64,000 bases of DNA, taken from a virus. This document shows positions 1 through 13,294 of this stretch, piece after piece. Positions within the stretch are counted from its first letter, which is position 1, and the number at the start of each line of letters is the position of its first letter. The stretch is from the IMG/VR virus record IMGVR_UViG_3300042559_000515, positions 19,631 through 83,630 of that record. One strand, 5' to 3'. The notes beneath the pieces were generated by a model. That model was not told the origin of the DNA, made no database searches, and saw nothing but the letters and a program-made list of their open reading frames with translations. The translations under genes and the position numbers were made by a program.

Positions 1-132
1 ACAGAACTCTTCGGTGAAGATAATGATGCGCTTAACTAGTTGGTCAATGAACTCGGCAGAGGTTTCATCAAGTTCCTCGCCCTCACCGAAATCTTCAGTA
101 GGTTCAATTAGTTCATTTTCGTCTAAGGACAT
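1..132 (-). CDS. N-terminal part of a gene running off the left edge; possibly terminase large subunit
   Basis: ATG at 132 preceded by AGGGA. Translates MSLDENELIEPTEDFGEGEELDETSAEFIDQLVKRIIIFTEEFC. The acidic N-terminus resembles my recollection of actinophage large terminases; no catalytic motif lies in the window. Confidence 0.35.
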   Translation of the reverse strand, partial: MSLDENELIEPTEDFGEGEELDETSAEFIDQLVKRIIIFTEEFC

Positions 133-138
133 ATTTCC

Positions 139-375
139 CTATGGTTGTGTGGAACGAGATTGCAACTCATCCCAAAGGTCTTTTACAAGATTTAACACCC
201 TAGAGAATTCATCGGGTGATGCTTTATGGAATGCCCATTGGTCATAGGTGGCTCCAAGTTCCATAAGGCAAGCATTAAGCCACCCACGGAGTTGGATGTC
301 ATCCATATTTTTAATGCGGTCAGCCCGTGGGCGCTCCTGTTTTGTTTCCTTTCGGAACAGCATTCCAGTTTCCAA
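139..375 (-). CDS. hypothetical protein
   Basis: 78-aa ORF co-oriented and tightly packed with its neighbours; true start probably a few codons downstream. Confidence 0.6.
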   Translation of the reverse strand: METGMLFRKETKQERPRADRIKNMDDIQLRGWLNACLMELGATYDQWAFHKASPDEFSRVLNLVKDLWDELQSRSTQP

Positions 376-778
376 TCTCGTGTGGTGTCAGGTCTAGGTA
401 ACGACCCTGCATTGCAGACAAGATACCCGATTCTTCACTGAGATGTTGTGGTTTACAGAGACCAACTTGTAGACAACGCTTAAAGGCAACAATGTAGATA
501 CCTGTCCCCTTGTTCCATGGAGAAGATGTTTGGTGCATGGTCCCAACACCCACATGAATTAAGCGTGTGTCTTTTTTCAAGATTGCGTACACACGACCAT
601 AAACATACAACTGGTCATGTTGAAATTTAAATACAAACTTAAAGTAGAAGAACGCAGGAATAATAAATGCAGGGTGTAGAACTATTGCAGATGTGGCATA
701 ACCAAGAAATACCAGCAATGGCCCAAATGTAAGGGCTTTAGCAATACTCTTAGAAATCTTGCGTGTGGTAGTTGTCAT
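320..778 (-). CDS. hypothetical membrane protein
   Basis: N-terminal hydrophobic segments (ALTFGPLLVFLGYATSAIVLHPAFIIPAFFYF). Confidence 0.6.
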   Translation of the reverse strand: MTTTTRKISKSIAKALTFGPLLVFLGYATSAIVLHPAFIIPAFFYFKFVFKFQHDQLYVYGRVYAILKKDTRLIHVGVGTMHQTSSPWNKGTGIYIVAFKRCLQVGLCKPQHLSEESGILSAMQGRYLDLTPHEIGNWNAVPKGNKTGAPTG

Positions 779-1322
779 CTCGTGAACCTATTCTGCTATA
801 TCTGTATGAGTTTAAAAAGTCATTAATAAAACGACCCTTTGAGTTACTGTTTGCAAAGTTATTATAGATACTTTCAGGAACATTGTTGTACTTGTAGGTA
901 TCTCCACGCTTGTGGAACTTGACATAAACGGTGCCTAGAACATTTGTACCATATTGCGGGTCAACACCAGATTTAGCAAGAAGATATTGTTTTTCTGCTG
1001 GCTTAGGAACAAACTTATGTGAGGCTACACGGGTACTTCGGTCAGGACCCTGACCATAGTTATCTTCTGGTGGACGAGCGTCAGCAACATAGTAGGTGTC
1101 ATAGTTGATGGATACTCCACCCTCTTCACCTTCGGTTGGTAAGTTTTCTGACTTAACACGGGAAGAACCAAACATCTCAAAAGGAGGGAGGTGGTCTTCC
1201 TCTTCTCGTTCAGGTGTTCCGCTAGGGATTAACTGACGAAGGTCTCGGTTTGCACCAATCCGACCTTCTTCAGCAAGGATGTCTGTAAGACTTCTACCCA
1301 GCCGTTTTTTCGGTTTCGCCAT
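750..1322 (-). CDS. KTSC-domain protein
   Basis: C-terminal VYVKFHKRGDTYKYNNVPESIYNNFANSNSKGRFINDFL fits the KTSC pattern (L.V.F..G..Y.Y..VP...Y..F..A.SKG.F). AAGGA RBS. Confidence 0.8.
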   Translation of the reverse strand: MAKPKKRLGRSLTDILAEEGRIGANRDLRQLIPSGTPEREEEDHLPPFEMFGSSRVKSENLPTEGEEGGVSINYDTYYVADARPPEDNYGQGPDRSTRVASHKFVPKPAEKQYLLAKSGVDPQYGTNVLGTVYVKFHKRGDTYKYNNVPESIYNNFANSNSKGRFINDFLNSYRYSRIGSRDDNYHTQDF

Positions 1323-1442
1323 TTGATTCCTTTTGAATTAAAGCCGATTTTAGAATGGCTAATTCAACATTAAGACGAGAAATCTCAGAAGAGAGATGCT
1401 TGATTACTTCTTGTGGGTCAATTTCCATGCGGAGATACTACC

Positions 1443-1970
1443 TTATTCAGGCTTAGGAAGTGCACGCCATGCGGCTTCAAACTTAGCCGCATCCTTTGCC
1501 ATTTCTGGAGAAAGTTCTAAATGCAACCACTTCCCGCCAAAACTTCCAGCGTTATCGGACTCACTAAAAATCTTTACCCCAGCCTCATTTTCGCCTCTTG
1601 AGCACCTGAAACCTCTTCCATACCCCTGGTTTTTGTCCTTGGGGTTTGCGTCAAATGCGTAGTCGTGAATCTCTTCAATTCCTAATTCTTTTGTGTACTT
1701 GATGAACCAGTTCCACATGGCAACGCCGACCTTGCGGTCGTCATACCCAATATCTACAGCGGCTCCAGTGGCGTGGACACTGAGGAATTTCTCCATGCCA
1801 GGGTCGCCAATCTTCTTACCAGCGGTCTTAGAGTTTCGCATCAATCGGGCGGAATAAATTCCCAGATTCTTTGTTTTCCATCTCTTGGCACAAAGTTCTG
1901 CCAGTTTCTCGGTTCCAGGCTGTGCACCTTTTCCATCAAATGCGGGATAATAACTGTATTTTCTTGGCAT
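1443..1970 (-). CDS. endolysin-like zinc peptidase (M15/Hedgehog-DD-peptidase fold)
   Basis: SVHATGAAVD (SxHxxGxAxD) and a downstream WLHLE zinc-ligand motif. Confidence 0.7.
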   Translation of the reverse strand: MPRKYSYYPAFDGKGAQPGTEKLAELCAKRWKTKNLGIYSARLMRNSKTAGKKIGDPGMEKFLSVHATGAAVDIGYDDRKVGVAMWNWFIKYTKELGIEEIHDYAFDANPKDKNQGYGRGFRCSRGENEAGVKIFSESDNAGSFGGKWLHLELSPEMAKDAAKFEAAWRALPKPE

Positions 1971-2013
1971 GCACCTATTTTAGCCTATCTAGTCAAGGCT
2001 CGTTGATGTAGAA

Positions 2014-2256
2014 TCACCACTTATTTACAGGACAAAAAGCGTGTAGCAACTCTGTTTTTGTAGGCATATGACAACCACACTTACTACATTGATGGGTAAT
2101 CAAGTAGTGTGGGCAGGCTTCACAAATTGCCAATCGCTCTGCTTTCACAGTGTCAGATACTTTTGGAGTATCAGGATTAAAAAGGGCTGTAGGGGTAACG
2201 ATTCCTGCTTGTTGTTTGGCTAGGTTCTTAGCCTTCCAGTCTTGCCAAGGACTCAT
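2014..2256 (-). CDS. small Cys-rich zinc-binding protein (DUF6171-like)
   Basis: ERLAICEACP...QCSKCGCHMPTK...CPVNKW pattern. Confidence 0.65.
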   Translation of the reverse strand: MSPWQDWKAKNLAKQQAGIVTPTALFNPDTPKVSDTVKAERLAICEACPHYLITHQCSKCGCHMPTKTELLHAFCPVNKW

Positions 2257-2453
2257 GGCCTAACAAACCCTTCACCGTTCCAAAGCAACCCTTCTTCAAC
2301 AGGGACATCGGAGACAATAATCTTTGGGTCGCTGCTGAGAATGGCTATCAACTTATCAACAGCATCCGACTGGATATTTGGGACAGGCATTTCGCCTGCT
2401 ACTTCTCCATCTACTACAAAAATAAAATGTGACATATCGCTCCTTAACAGCAA
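2253..2453 (-). CDS. hypothetical tail-associated protein
   Basis: 66-aa ORF overlapping both neighbours; ends in WNGEGF, a common tail-accessory ending. Confidence 0.55.
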   Translation of the reverse strand: MLLRSDMSHFIFVVDGEVAGEMPVPNIQSDAVDKLIAILSSDPKIIVSDVPVEEGLLWNGEGFVRP

Positions 2454-3097
2454 CTAATGATTACGCACTGGTCTGTACCTGTCTTACGATAGCCGCCAAC
2501 AGAGCAACTATCTACATTCTCAGGGCCAACTAGCCCTGAACCGCCTGAACAGGATGCATTAGCAGTTCCTGCACTATCGGAGTATAGCCATCCCCAAATA
2601 GTTCCAGTTACATACTGACCATTGTTAAGTTGGATGGTAACAAAATCAAAGTATGAAGTCCATGAACCACAGGAACCAGTTGTGTAAGTAGTGCAACCAG
2701 AACCACTATTAGCGGTATACAAAGTGGCAGAACCGCAGCCAGCGCAATCCACCGATGATGCAGTAAAGCAACCACTATTACAATCAGGAGCAGCAACAGT
2801 AGCGCCAGCGACATCATAAGATGGACAACCATCCTTTGTATAACGAGTGGGAATCTGGTAGGTGCGGTTGCCACATGACCCTGAGTACACAGCACTTAAA
2901 GTAGTTGTTCCCCAATCACGACCACCAGCGTCATGCCTACGGCAATCAGTCCATGCCCGTGCCCATACGCCGTCTTTCTTAGCCCATACACTTTTAGCGT
3001 AAAGCCAGTTTCCCCCTGATTTACCATACATAACGGTTCCTTGGGATTGGTCATCACCACCAACCCATGTTCCATTTTTGTTGGCTTTGAGAGTCAT
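2444..3097 (-). CDS. Cys/Gly-rich putative tail/receptor-binding protein
   Basis: N-terminal K.GG.W...WAKKDGVW repeats typical of fibre ends; Cys-rich C-terminus. Confidence 0.6.
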   Translation of the reverse strand: MTLKANKNGTWVGGDDQSQGTVMYGKSGGNWLYAKSVWAKKDGVWARAWTDCRRHDAGGRDWGTTTLSAVYSGSCGNRTYQIPTRYTKDGCPSYDVAGATVAAPDCNSGCFTASSVDCAGCGSATLYTANSGSGCTTYTTGSCGSWTSYFDFVTIQLNNGQYVTGTIWGWLYSDSAGTANASCSGGSGLVGPENVDSCSVGGYRKTGTDQCVIISCC

Positions 3098-3100
3098 GTC

Positions 3101-3628
3101 TTAAACCACAATCCAAACATCACCGTTACTTCCACCTGTGGGACCACTAGCAGATACGGTAATTGCAGTAGAAGCAGGACCTGTTGCACCTGTAGGACCA
3201 GTAGCACCTGTGGGACCAGTTGGTCCACCTGCGGGGCCAGTAGCACCAACGGGGCCAGTAGCACCTGTTGCACCCGTTAGACCAGTGGGACCAGTAGCAC
3301 CTGTCGCACCAACTCCAGTTGGACCAGTTGGTCCTGTTAAGCCTGTGGGTCCTGTCGCTCCAACAGGTCCAGTAGCGCCTGTTAATCCTGTGGGTCCCGT
3401 GGCTCCTGTTACACCAGTTGGTCCAGTTGGACCTGCAACTGATGATGCGGCTCCAGTAGGCCCAGCAGGTCCTGAGGAATAGGCAAGAGACGACCACGCC
3501 GTGGTCCCATTACCAACTTTAAACTTACCCGTGTCTTTTTCAAGACCCATCTCACCTTCAGCAAGGATGGGGTTAGCGGTAGTCCACTCAGCCGCTGTAC
3601 CTCTACGAAGTTGAATTTTAATAGGCAT
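3101..3628 (-). CDS. tail fibre protein: Mtd/hyaluronidase-like N-terminal domain plus collagen repeat
   Basis: [46 protein letters not shown] followed by G-P/A-T triplets and a terminal GDVWI. Confidence 0.85.
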   Translation of the reverse strand: MPIKIQLRRGTAAEWTTANPILAEGEMGLEKDTGKFKVGNGTTAWSSLAYSSGPAGPTGAASSVAGPTGPTGVTGATGPTGLTGATGPVGATGPTGLTGPTGPTGVGATGATGPTGLTGATGATGPVGATGPAGGPTGPTGATGPTGATGPASTAITVSASGPTGGSNGDVWIVV

Positions 3629-3954
3629 TACACACCACCTGCATTAATTGAGTCAATTCCACCGTATGAGGAATTGGGAAAACCACCATCTAGATTAGTT
3701 GAACCTGATGAAGCGGTTATATCAGTTTGTAACCAAAAAACATTAGTCATGTTTTCATCATCTGCGGACACCACAATCTGCGTCCCAATAGTAGGTACAG
3801 CCCAAACACCATTAGAAGACTGCCTACCAATACGAGAAATTGAAATTTCTGTATTCACACCTGTTACCGAAGGAATTTTTACCCGAATCTCACCTGTAGT
3901 TGGGTTGGTATAGGTGACAAGGGCACGATGAACAATAGATGAGCAACTATGCAT
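3628..3954 (-). CDS. baseplate spike/hub (gp5/gpV OB-fold-like) protein
   Basis: [12 protein letters not shown]...[12 protein letters not shown] resembles the gp5-like OB motif (R.KV.IP...P.IG..V.V). Start re-called to the ATG at 3954. Confidence 0.55.
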   Translation of the reverse strand: MHSCSSIVHRALVTYTNPTTGEIRVKIPSVTGVNTEISISRIGRQSSNGVWAVPTIGTQIVVSADDENMTNVFWLQTDITASSGSTNLDGGFPNSSYGGIDSINAGGV

Positions 3955-3956
3955 AA

Positions 3957-5021
3957 TTAATCCTTTAACTGGTACCAACCATCTTCCCACAAAGTGAGGA
4001 GACGGTTGAAGTACTTCTCATACATTAAACCAACGGGAGTAAGACCATATCGGTCTTTAGCGTAGGTGCTGATTAACTGGCGGTCTAGTTCTGGCGCCTT
4101 TTTAGCCGCATCTACAAACTCTTGAAGAGTGTGGCAACGGAACCCCGTCACTCCGTCTTGGACAGTTTCAGTAAAGGCGCCCCAGTCGGTAGAGATAACA
4201 GGGGTACCACAAGCCATCGCTTCAATAGCCACTGTTCCAAAAGGCTCCACATAGATTGTTGGTGCAAATAGGGCTATTGCGCCTCCCATGAGTTCGGCTC
4301 TTTTTTCTGTTCCTACAACACCTACATACTCACCGTACTCTGGTGGTACACCCTGCCCAGCAATCACCAGACGCTTCCCTAGAGCCTTACAGACATCTAC
4401 GGCTATCTGGTAGCCCTTGCGCTCAATAAGGCGTCCCATATAGAGATAGTAATCCCCAGGTGTTTCTTGTAATGGAAAATCATCAACATCAATGTAACTA
4501 GGGATGACGGTGTCATAGAACTTACCGTCAAGGGCGTGGGGGTCGGTTACCTTGGAGCCGTAACAGGAGTGCATCCATGCGTAGGACTCAAATACCTTGT
4601 AGGGGGCAAATGAGCCACCATAACCAATACCGAACTCCACACTCAATTCATTTGGGAAAGCGTCAGCAATAGGTTTGGAGGCATAGCCAGCGATAAGACA
4701 AATAAAGTCTTTGTGCTCTAAGCGCTCTTTAATTCCCTTGATGACATTGTTGTTGAAACTAACCCAGTGGGGAAGTGTCCAATCAAAAGAAGCCGCTGAG
4801 TAATGGTTGTCTCCAACTGCAACAAGCCGTTCTTCTTCTGTAATACAAACAATGTGCTCGTCACAAGGGGCTTCATTGAATTCCCCACCATACAGATAGA
4901 CCGTATGACCAAGGTCTTTCATCATGATGCAGAACTTGCGAATCTTTTCTGTATAGGCGCAAGCCGTAAAGTCTTCAGTGGTGTTTGTGTGAGGAAGACT
5001 AACTATGTGGAATCTCATCAA
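3957..5021 (-). CDS. glycosyltransferase family 4 (GT-B)
   Basis: YLYMGRLIERKG and EPFGTVAIEAMACGTPVISTDWGAFTETV (EX7E motif). Confidence 0.92.
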   Translation of the reverse strand: MMRFHIVSLPHTNTTEDFTACAYTEKIRKFCIMMKDLGHTVYLYGGEFNEAPCDEHIVCITEEERLVAVGDNHYSAASFDWTLPHWVSFNNNVIKGIKERLEHKDFICLIAGYASKPIADAFPNELSVEFGIGYGGSFAPYKVFESYAWMHSCYGSKVTDPHALDGKFYDTVIPSYIDVDDFPLQETPGDYYLYMGRLIERKGYQIAVDVCKALGKRLVIAGQGVPPEYGEYVGVVGTEKRAELMGGAIALFAPTIYVEPFGTVAIEAMACGTPVISTDWGAFTETVQDGVTGFRCHTLQEFVDAAKKAPELDRQLISTYAKDRYGLTPVGLMYEKYFNRLLTLWEDGWYQLKD

Positions 5022-6084
5022 GGACCTGCTTCTTGTTTTTAAATAATCTTAACTGGTTATGTACATATGGGCTAAGCGATTCATGAATGTGTAATTGACA
5101 ATGCTCAACGATTCTGTGAGTGTCGGACATTTCCCAATCTTCTGGAATTTGATAGTAGTCCCTAAATCGTTGAATACCAGCGTTTAGTTCATCTTGCTCC
5201 GCATTTAAAAGTTCTTGTGTATCCCAAATTCCTGGGTAAAGCACTGACAAGGATGATAGTGAACTACTTGCCATGTTCTTTTTAATAAATTCAATTAGTT
5301 CTGGTTTGTTAGGTTGCACATCCGTAGGACGCATTCGTGCGTTCTCGTTACCCTTAAGGTAGTTAGCAACTTGCATGTCAACTTGTGTATCAATAAAGTC
5401 AAGTGTAAAACCAAAAGTATTTAAAAACTCAGATGCTTTAAGAGCAATTTCTTCGGTGTTGTTAAACGGTTCTTTAGTTACTTCTGACCATTCATACAAA
5501 ACTTTAAACATTTCTGAAAGAGTAAGTCCAGCACAAGGGCTTTCTGCATTATTTTTATATTTTTCACGAACTTCTTCGTCAAGATGTAAATGTAAGTAAA
5601 TAAGATAACCAACACCATGCACTGATAATATTGATTCATATGCAATTATTTTATTAATTGTAGGAACAAGTCGTTCATCTTCTTGTACAAAAAGGTGTGG
5701 ACCATACAGTGTGTTGTCACAACGCCATTCTGCTTCTGGGTCAAAAAGTGCTCTTGAAGAACAAAATCCAAAATACCCTTGTGTTGTGTTGTCAATATCT
5801 GTGTCATAGATGTCAACAACTCGTTCCCAGTAATTTAAGTTTACAATTTCTTCAATATCCCCTTGTTTAGCAATTAAACAATTATTAAAAGCGTGTCTAA
5901 AAGGATGTGGGATAGCAACCACAAGGTGACCATCTTGCATAGAAAACACTTCGGCATCTATAAATGGGTCATCACCAGCAGGGGTACGGCGGTATAAATC
6001 TACGGTAGTTCCTGTAATGTGGTCTAGTACATAAAACAACTTGTGTGTTTTAATGGCATCAATGGTAAATGGTTTAACAAGCAT
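4999..6084 (-). CDS. hypothetical protein
   Basis: 361-aa ORF in the operon; no recognisable motif. Confidence 0.75.
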   Translation of the reverse strand: MLVKPFTIDAIKTHKLFYVLDHITGTTVDLYRRTPAGDDPFIDAEVFSMQDGHLVVAIPHPFRHAFNNCLIAKQGDIEEIVNLNYWERVVDIYDTDIDNTTQGYFGFCSSRALFDPEAEWRCDNTLYGPHLFVQEDERLVPTINKIIAYESILSVHGVGYLIYLHLHLDEEVREKYKNNAESPCAGLTLSEMFKVLYEWSEVTKEPFNNTEEIALKASEFLNTFGFTLDFIDTQVDMQVANYLKGNENARMRPTDVQPNKPELIEFIKKNMASSSLSSLSVLYPGIWDTQELLNAEQDELNAGIQRFRDYYQIPEDWEMSDTHRIVEHCQLHIHESLSPYVHNQLRLFKNKKQVLDEIPHS

Positions 6085-6092
6085 AAGCCCTC

Positions 6093-7306
6093 TTATGGTC
6101 CAAAGTATTTAAATGTTACACCACCAGCAACACCAGCATTAAACCAACCTTGTCCACCAGTTCCTACGATTGGTCCGCTACCTGCTGGAACTGAACCATT
6201 TGCGCCAACACCTTGCGTGCCTCGTCCTCCACCGCCGTTACCGCCACGAAGACCGTAGGCTCCACCACCTGCGCCTCCTGCACCACCGTTGTGTGAAGCA
6301 CTGTTTTGAGTGGCTGCGCTGGCACCAGCAGCATCAGTTCCACCGCCGCCACCGCCAGCGTAATAACCGCAATCGTAGGCGTAGCAAGTTTGGTAGCAAG
6401 TTTGGTAGCAGGTTTCGTAACAAGTGTCGCAGCAAACCGACCCATTAATACAGTTGCCATTCTTGTCAACACCTTCACAGCAGCGACAGTTACAAGCGTA
6501 AGGGTTACAAGAAAATGGGTTACAGTTAAACGGGTTGCAGTTAAATGAGTAGTAATAACCATAAGTATTGTTTCCACCACCTCGTGCTGAGTTGTCTCCT
6601 GAACCAACAGCACCGCCAGTTCCGTTTGGTGCGCCACAAGAACCTGGGTGTGCGCCAGTGCCACCACCGCCACCAGTCCATGTTGTTGAGCCAATAGTTA
6701 AGGTTGTATTTCCGCCTGCTGTTGCTCCACCAGCACCATTCCCACCGTTACCTCCTGTACCACCAGCACCTACGGTTCCACTAATTGTTTGAGTTCCTGT
6801 AGTAGAAGATGTGTGAGATGCAGAAAGACGATAACCGCCTCCGCCACCTCCTGCGTAGTTGGCTCCACCGCCACCACCATACAAAAGAATTTCGGTAATG
6901 GTAGGGGCAACACCAGGAATTGAGGGTAAAGACAACGAATAAGCACCAGCAGTGGTGTTTAAATAAGTTTTCAGACTCCAAGTAGTAAACGAAACAGTAT
7001 TACCTGTTGTTGTCCCAACGCCATTAACTGCACGGCAACGGACATAATAAAGTGTTCCATTTGACAACCCAGTAACAGTTGAAGAAATTGTTTGATTTTG
7101 TCCAGTAGTTGTGGTTGCTGTTACTGTTGTAAAACTAGAAAAAACAGAACTTGTTGAATAATCAAAATAAACAACAGTTGATAAGTTGTTTGCACTTACA
7201 GTGGCGTTAAAAGTTGCTTGATTTTGATTAAAGTTTGTTACAGCATCAGTTGTTACTGTTGGTAACTCGCCAATGCTAGAAGCAAATGTGCCTTTTTTGA
7301 TAGGCA

Positions 7307-7307
<1 letters not shown>
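6093..7307 (-). CDS. virion protein with FN3-like domain, Gly-rich domain and Cys-rich insert
   Basis: VTGLSNGTLYYVRCRAVNGVG (FN3), GGGGG repeats, CNPFNCNPFSCNPYAC and CYETCYQTCYQTCY. Confidence 0.8.
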
Positions 7308-10590
<3,283 letters not shown>

Positions 10591-10594
<4 letters not shown>

Positions 10595-11310
10595 ACTGGG
10601 GGCACAGAGGTTGAAGGCTCTACAACAACCTGCCCCTGCGAAATGCTTGACCAATCACCAGCACTATCTTTTACGAATAGGTCAAATGAATAGGAGCCAG
10701 CAGGGATACCATTGGTGTCAGAGATATGGATTTCTAGCGTGTAACCTGCCTTAGGCGCAATGTACCCACGCTTGTTAGAAGGGCTTAGGGCGATAATAGT
10801 TGACTCACTTGGAGCAGTTGAGAACCAGCGGAGGTCAAGGACGGTGGTTCCAGAAGTGTTCTTTGCCTGCATGAAAGCATCAGTGACAGTCAAGATGTTG
10901 CCATCAGAATCTTTCCATGTGTAGGACTGGCGGAAGTCTGTATATTTCTTGAAACGGATTTCCATAGCGAGAGCGTCCTCCAGAGGCGTAATGTTGTCTA
11001 GGGCAGATACTGTAATTGTACCTTTTGAAATCATTGTTTGGATACCCTTAACAGTTGCAAGGACATCATAAGAAAGTTCACCGAGTGGTAAATCTTGTGT
11101 TTCTTCTGCTGTTAGGCTTAACTCCACCCCACGCTCAGTAGTAATAGTGGTGGTAATCTCGGCTACAGTCAAATCACCTGTCTTGATGTAAGCACGGGCA
11201 TCAGTAGGGGCATACAAACGGCGTGTTCGTCTATCCTTAATGATAAGCAACCGTTCCCACGGTAATCCCCGTGTGAGACTGTATTTAATTGTCTGAGCCT
11301 GATAAGACAT
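10591..11310 (-). CDS. putative virion structural protein (tandem Ig-like/BppU-like halves)
   Basis: Two similar halves ([16 protein letters not shown] and [16 protein letters not shown]); lies in the tail cluster. Confidence 0.6.
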
Positions 11311-11334
11311 GTATCTATTCTACTTCAGAACAGG

Positions 11335-11502
11335 CTACTCGTCCCCGCCCTTTGCGATACCTGAAACAACATGTACAACTAGGGCTATGCCACTAATCCA
11401 CAGACCATAGGTACGAACCTGTCCAGACAAAGTAATTAGAACTAATGCGGTTCCAGCAAGCGTCCACGCTAAACCTTGCAATTCTTCAAAAAATCTTTTC
11501 AC
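11335..11502 (-). CDS. small two-TM membrane protein (not in ORF track)
   Basis: GTG start; MKRFFEELQGLAWTLAGTALVLITLSGQVRTYGLWISGIALVVHVVSGIAKGGDE; coupled to the upstream stop codon. Confidence 0.65.
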   Translation of the reverse strand: MKRFFEELQGLAWTLAGTALVLITLSGQVRTYGLWISGIALVVHVVSGIAKGGDE

Positions 11503-12953
11503 TATGGCCTCCTACGGGAATCTGACTGGGGACCGCTGGAAGACGAAGAAGATACAGAAACTACTGGTGCCATAAATAATACACCAGTTGCGGCTACTAG
11601 GACCTTGCGCTGTCCGACATTGATGTTTGAACCAATCGGTACATAACTATTAAACTTATTGTCAAACACATTGATGCTTTCTTCAAATTCGGCTCTGACT
11701 TCCTCTGAAGCGCCCTGAACGGCTTCCACCAGTTGTTCTGCTTCTGCGTCAGACAAATCTGACACTTCCACAGCATCAAAGATTTCTGCGGCTTGCTCTG
11801 CGGTCACCGATTGGATGACATCAGGGTTTGTAGCCAGTTCTTCAGCCTCAGCCGCACTAACGCCTTCTTCAATGATGTTGTCCACAGCGGCTTGAATCTC
11901 TTCTTGTGGAAGGTCAGCAATAGCACCCAAAAGAGCCAAAACTTCTGTGTCAACTACTTGCTCAGGGTCTGGTTCAGGGGCTATAGTTGTGGTTGATGGA
12001 ATTTCTAATGTGGTTGTTGTTTCTGGCACTGTTGTCGTTGTGGTTGTGGTTGGAGCCATCGTCACAACTGGTGGCACCGTTGTTGAAGAAGAAGTTGTGG
12101 TCGTTGAAGAAGTGGTGGTGGTCAACTCGGTTGTCGTGGTGGTTGGCGGCACAGTGGTTGAAGGTGCAACTGTGGTTGTACTCGTTGAAGTCGTGGTTGT
12201 ACTCGTTGAAGTCGTAGTTGTTGGTACTGGTAAAGTTAAACCTGACACCTCATTACTCCACCCCGAATAAACGGTAATAGAATCGTTATCAGCACGAACT
12301 TTAAACTGGTATTCGGTATTCGGTGTTAGGTCTTCAACAACTGCGGATGTCTGTATTGACGAAATTGCCCATCCAGTACGCCAGTTGTCATTTGAGAAAA
12401 AAACAGCGTATCTCTCTACCTGAGCATTAGATTGTTCTGGGGCATCCCATGATAAGTAAACCTTATTTTGGTTTGTAGATGTGACAATTAAATTCTGTGG
12501 GGCGTTTAAATACGGGGCAATTGTCGTTGTGGTGGTGCTAGTCGTTGTCGTAGTTGGCTGTTCTGGCACTTCACTAGGTACAGAGTTAGTTTCTAGTGTG
12601 TAAGAAGTGCCATACCACCTATTGGGGTCACCGCAACAAACTCCTGTGCGGAGACGGTATGTACCACTTGTTTGCACATCATAAGAAATAAATGAATCTA
12701 ACCCGTAGTAGTCATCATTTGAAGACAAAACAGTGTTATTACTGTCATACAGCCAAAACATACTGTCAATACCGTATTGCTGGGCATTTGCCCGCACAGT
12801 AAAGGTAGTACCAGACTCCAACTCAAAGTAGAAGTCGTTGGCACCAGAGGTGGTTAAAGTTTCGGCTTTAGCGGGAGAAGACGGATAGAACCCCAGCATT
12901 GTGAGCGTAAGCCACAAAAAACAACTTGTAATCCGCAAACGGGATTTAAGCAT
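11502..12953 (-). CDS. secreted/surface protein: signal peptide, PPC-like domain, FN3, Thr-rich linker, acidic region
   Basis: Hydrophobic N-terminus ending PAKA, DSMFWLYD..NDD (PPC-like), APQNL..LSWDAP..LTPNTEYQFKVRA (FN3), poly-Thr tract. Confidence 0.8.
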   Translation of the reverse strand: MLKSRLRITSCFLWLTLTMLGFYPSSPAKAETLTTSGANDFYFELESGTTFTVRANAQQYGIDSMFWLYDSNNTVLSSNDDYYGLDSFISYDVQTSGTYRLRTGVCCGDPNRWYGTSYTLETNSVPSEVPEQPTTTTTSTTTTTIAPYLNAPQNLIVTSTNQNKVYLSWDAPEQSNAQVERYAVFFSNDNWRTGWAISSIQTSAVVEDLTPNTEYQFKVRADNDSITVYSGWSNEVSGLTLPVPTTTTSTSTTTTSTSTTTVAPSTTVPPTTTTTELTTTTSSTTTTSSSTTVPPVVTMAPTTTTTTTVPETTTTLEIPSTTTIAPEPDPEQVVDTEVLALLGAIADLPQEEIQAAVDNIIEEGVSAAEAEELATNPDVIQSVTAEQAAEIFDAVEVSDLSDAEAEQLVEAVQGASEEVRAEFEESINVFDNKFNSYVPIGSNINVGQRKVLVAATGVLFMAPVVSVSSSSSSGPQSDSRRRP

Positions 12954-12976
12954 TAAGATAGTTTACCAGAGACACG

Positions 12977-13008
12977 AAGAGGGACCGCCCTCAAGCAGTC
13001 CCCCTCGG
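12977..13008 (-). terminator. possible intrinsic terminator hairpin
   Basis: Minus-strand GGGACTGC...GCGGTCCC stem followed by TCTTCGTGTCT; weak U tract. Confidence 0.35.
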
Positions 13009-13030
13009 TGGGTAAAGACCTCATGAATAA

Positions 13031-13062
13031 TTATACACAACTGTGCATAATTATGTGGATAA
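13031..13062. promoter_or_regulatory. cluster of three DnaA boxes
   Basis: TTATACACA (13031-13039), TGTGCATAA (13042-13050) and TGTGGATAA (13054-13062) all fit TTATNCACA; intergenic. Confidence 0.7.
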
Positions 13063-13063
13063 C

Positions 13064-13294
13064 CTAGAGAACTAGGCTAGGTGAACCACCACCATACATT
13101 CCATAATGCATAGCGAATGCAATTCTGTCTTCTTTCCAACCCAGCAAAAGAAGTGTCTTAATAGCGTCTGCTCTAGATGAAACAGTTGCAACGATGTGCT
13201 TTTTCATAAGAGACGCCGCTTCTTCGGGGGTAACAGCGTCATCTGCTCCAGGTGAGTAATAAAGATGTGGTCTAATCACATGTACCGTTGACAT
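13064..13294 (-). CDS. hypothetical protein
   Basis: 76-aa ORF with TAATG coupling. Confidence 0.6.
   Translation of the reverse strand: MSTVHVIRPHLYYSPGADDAVTPEEAASLMKKHIVATVSSRADAIKTLLLLGWKEDRIAFAMHYGMYGGGSPSLVL

Noticed and set aside
3101-3628. Diversity-generating retroelement suggested by the Mtd-like N-terminus
   Set aside because: No reverse transcriptase, no TR/VR pair and no C-type lectin domain in the window; this N-terminal domain is a common fibre anchor.
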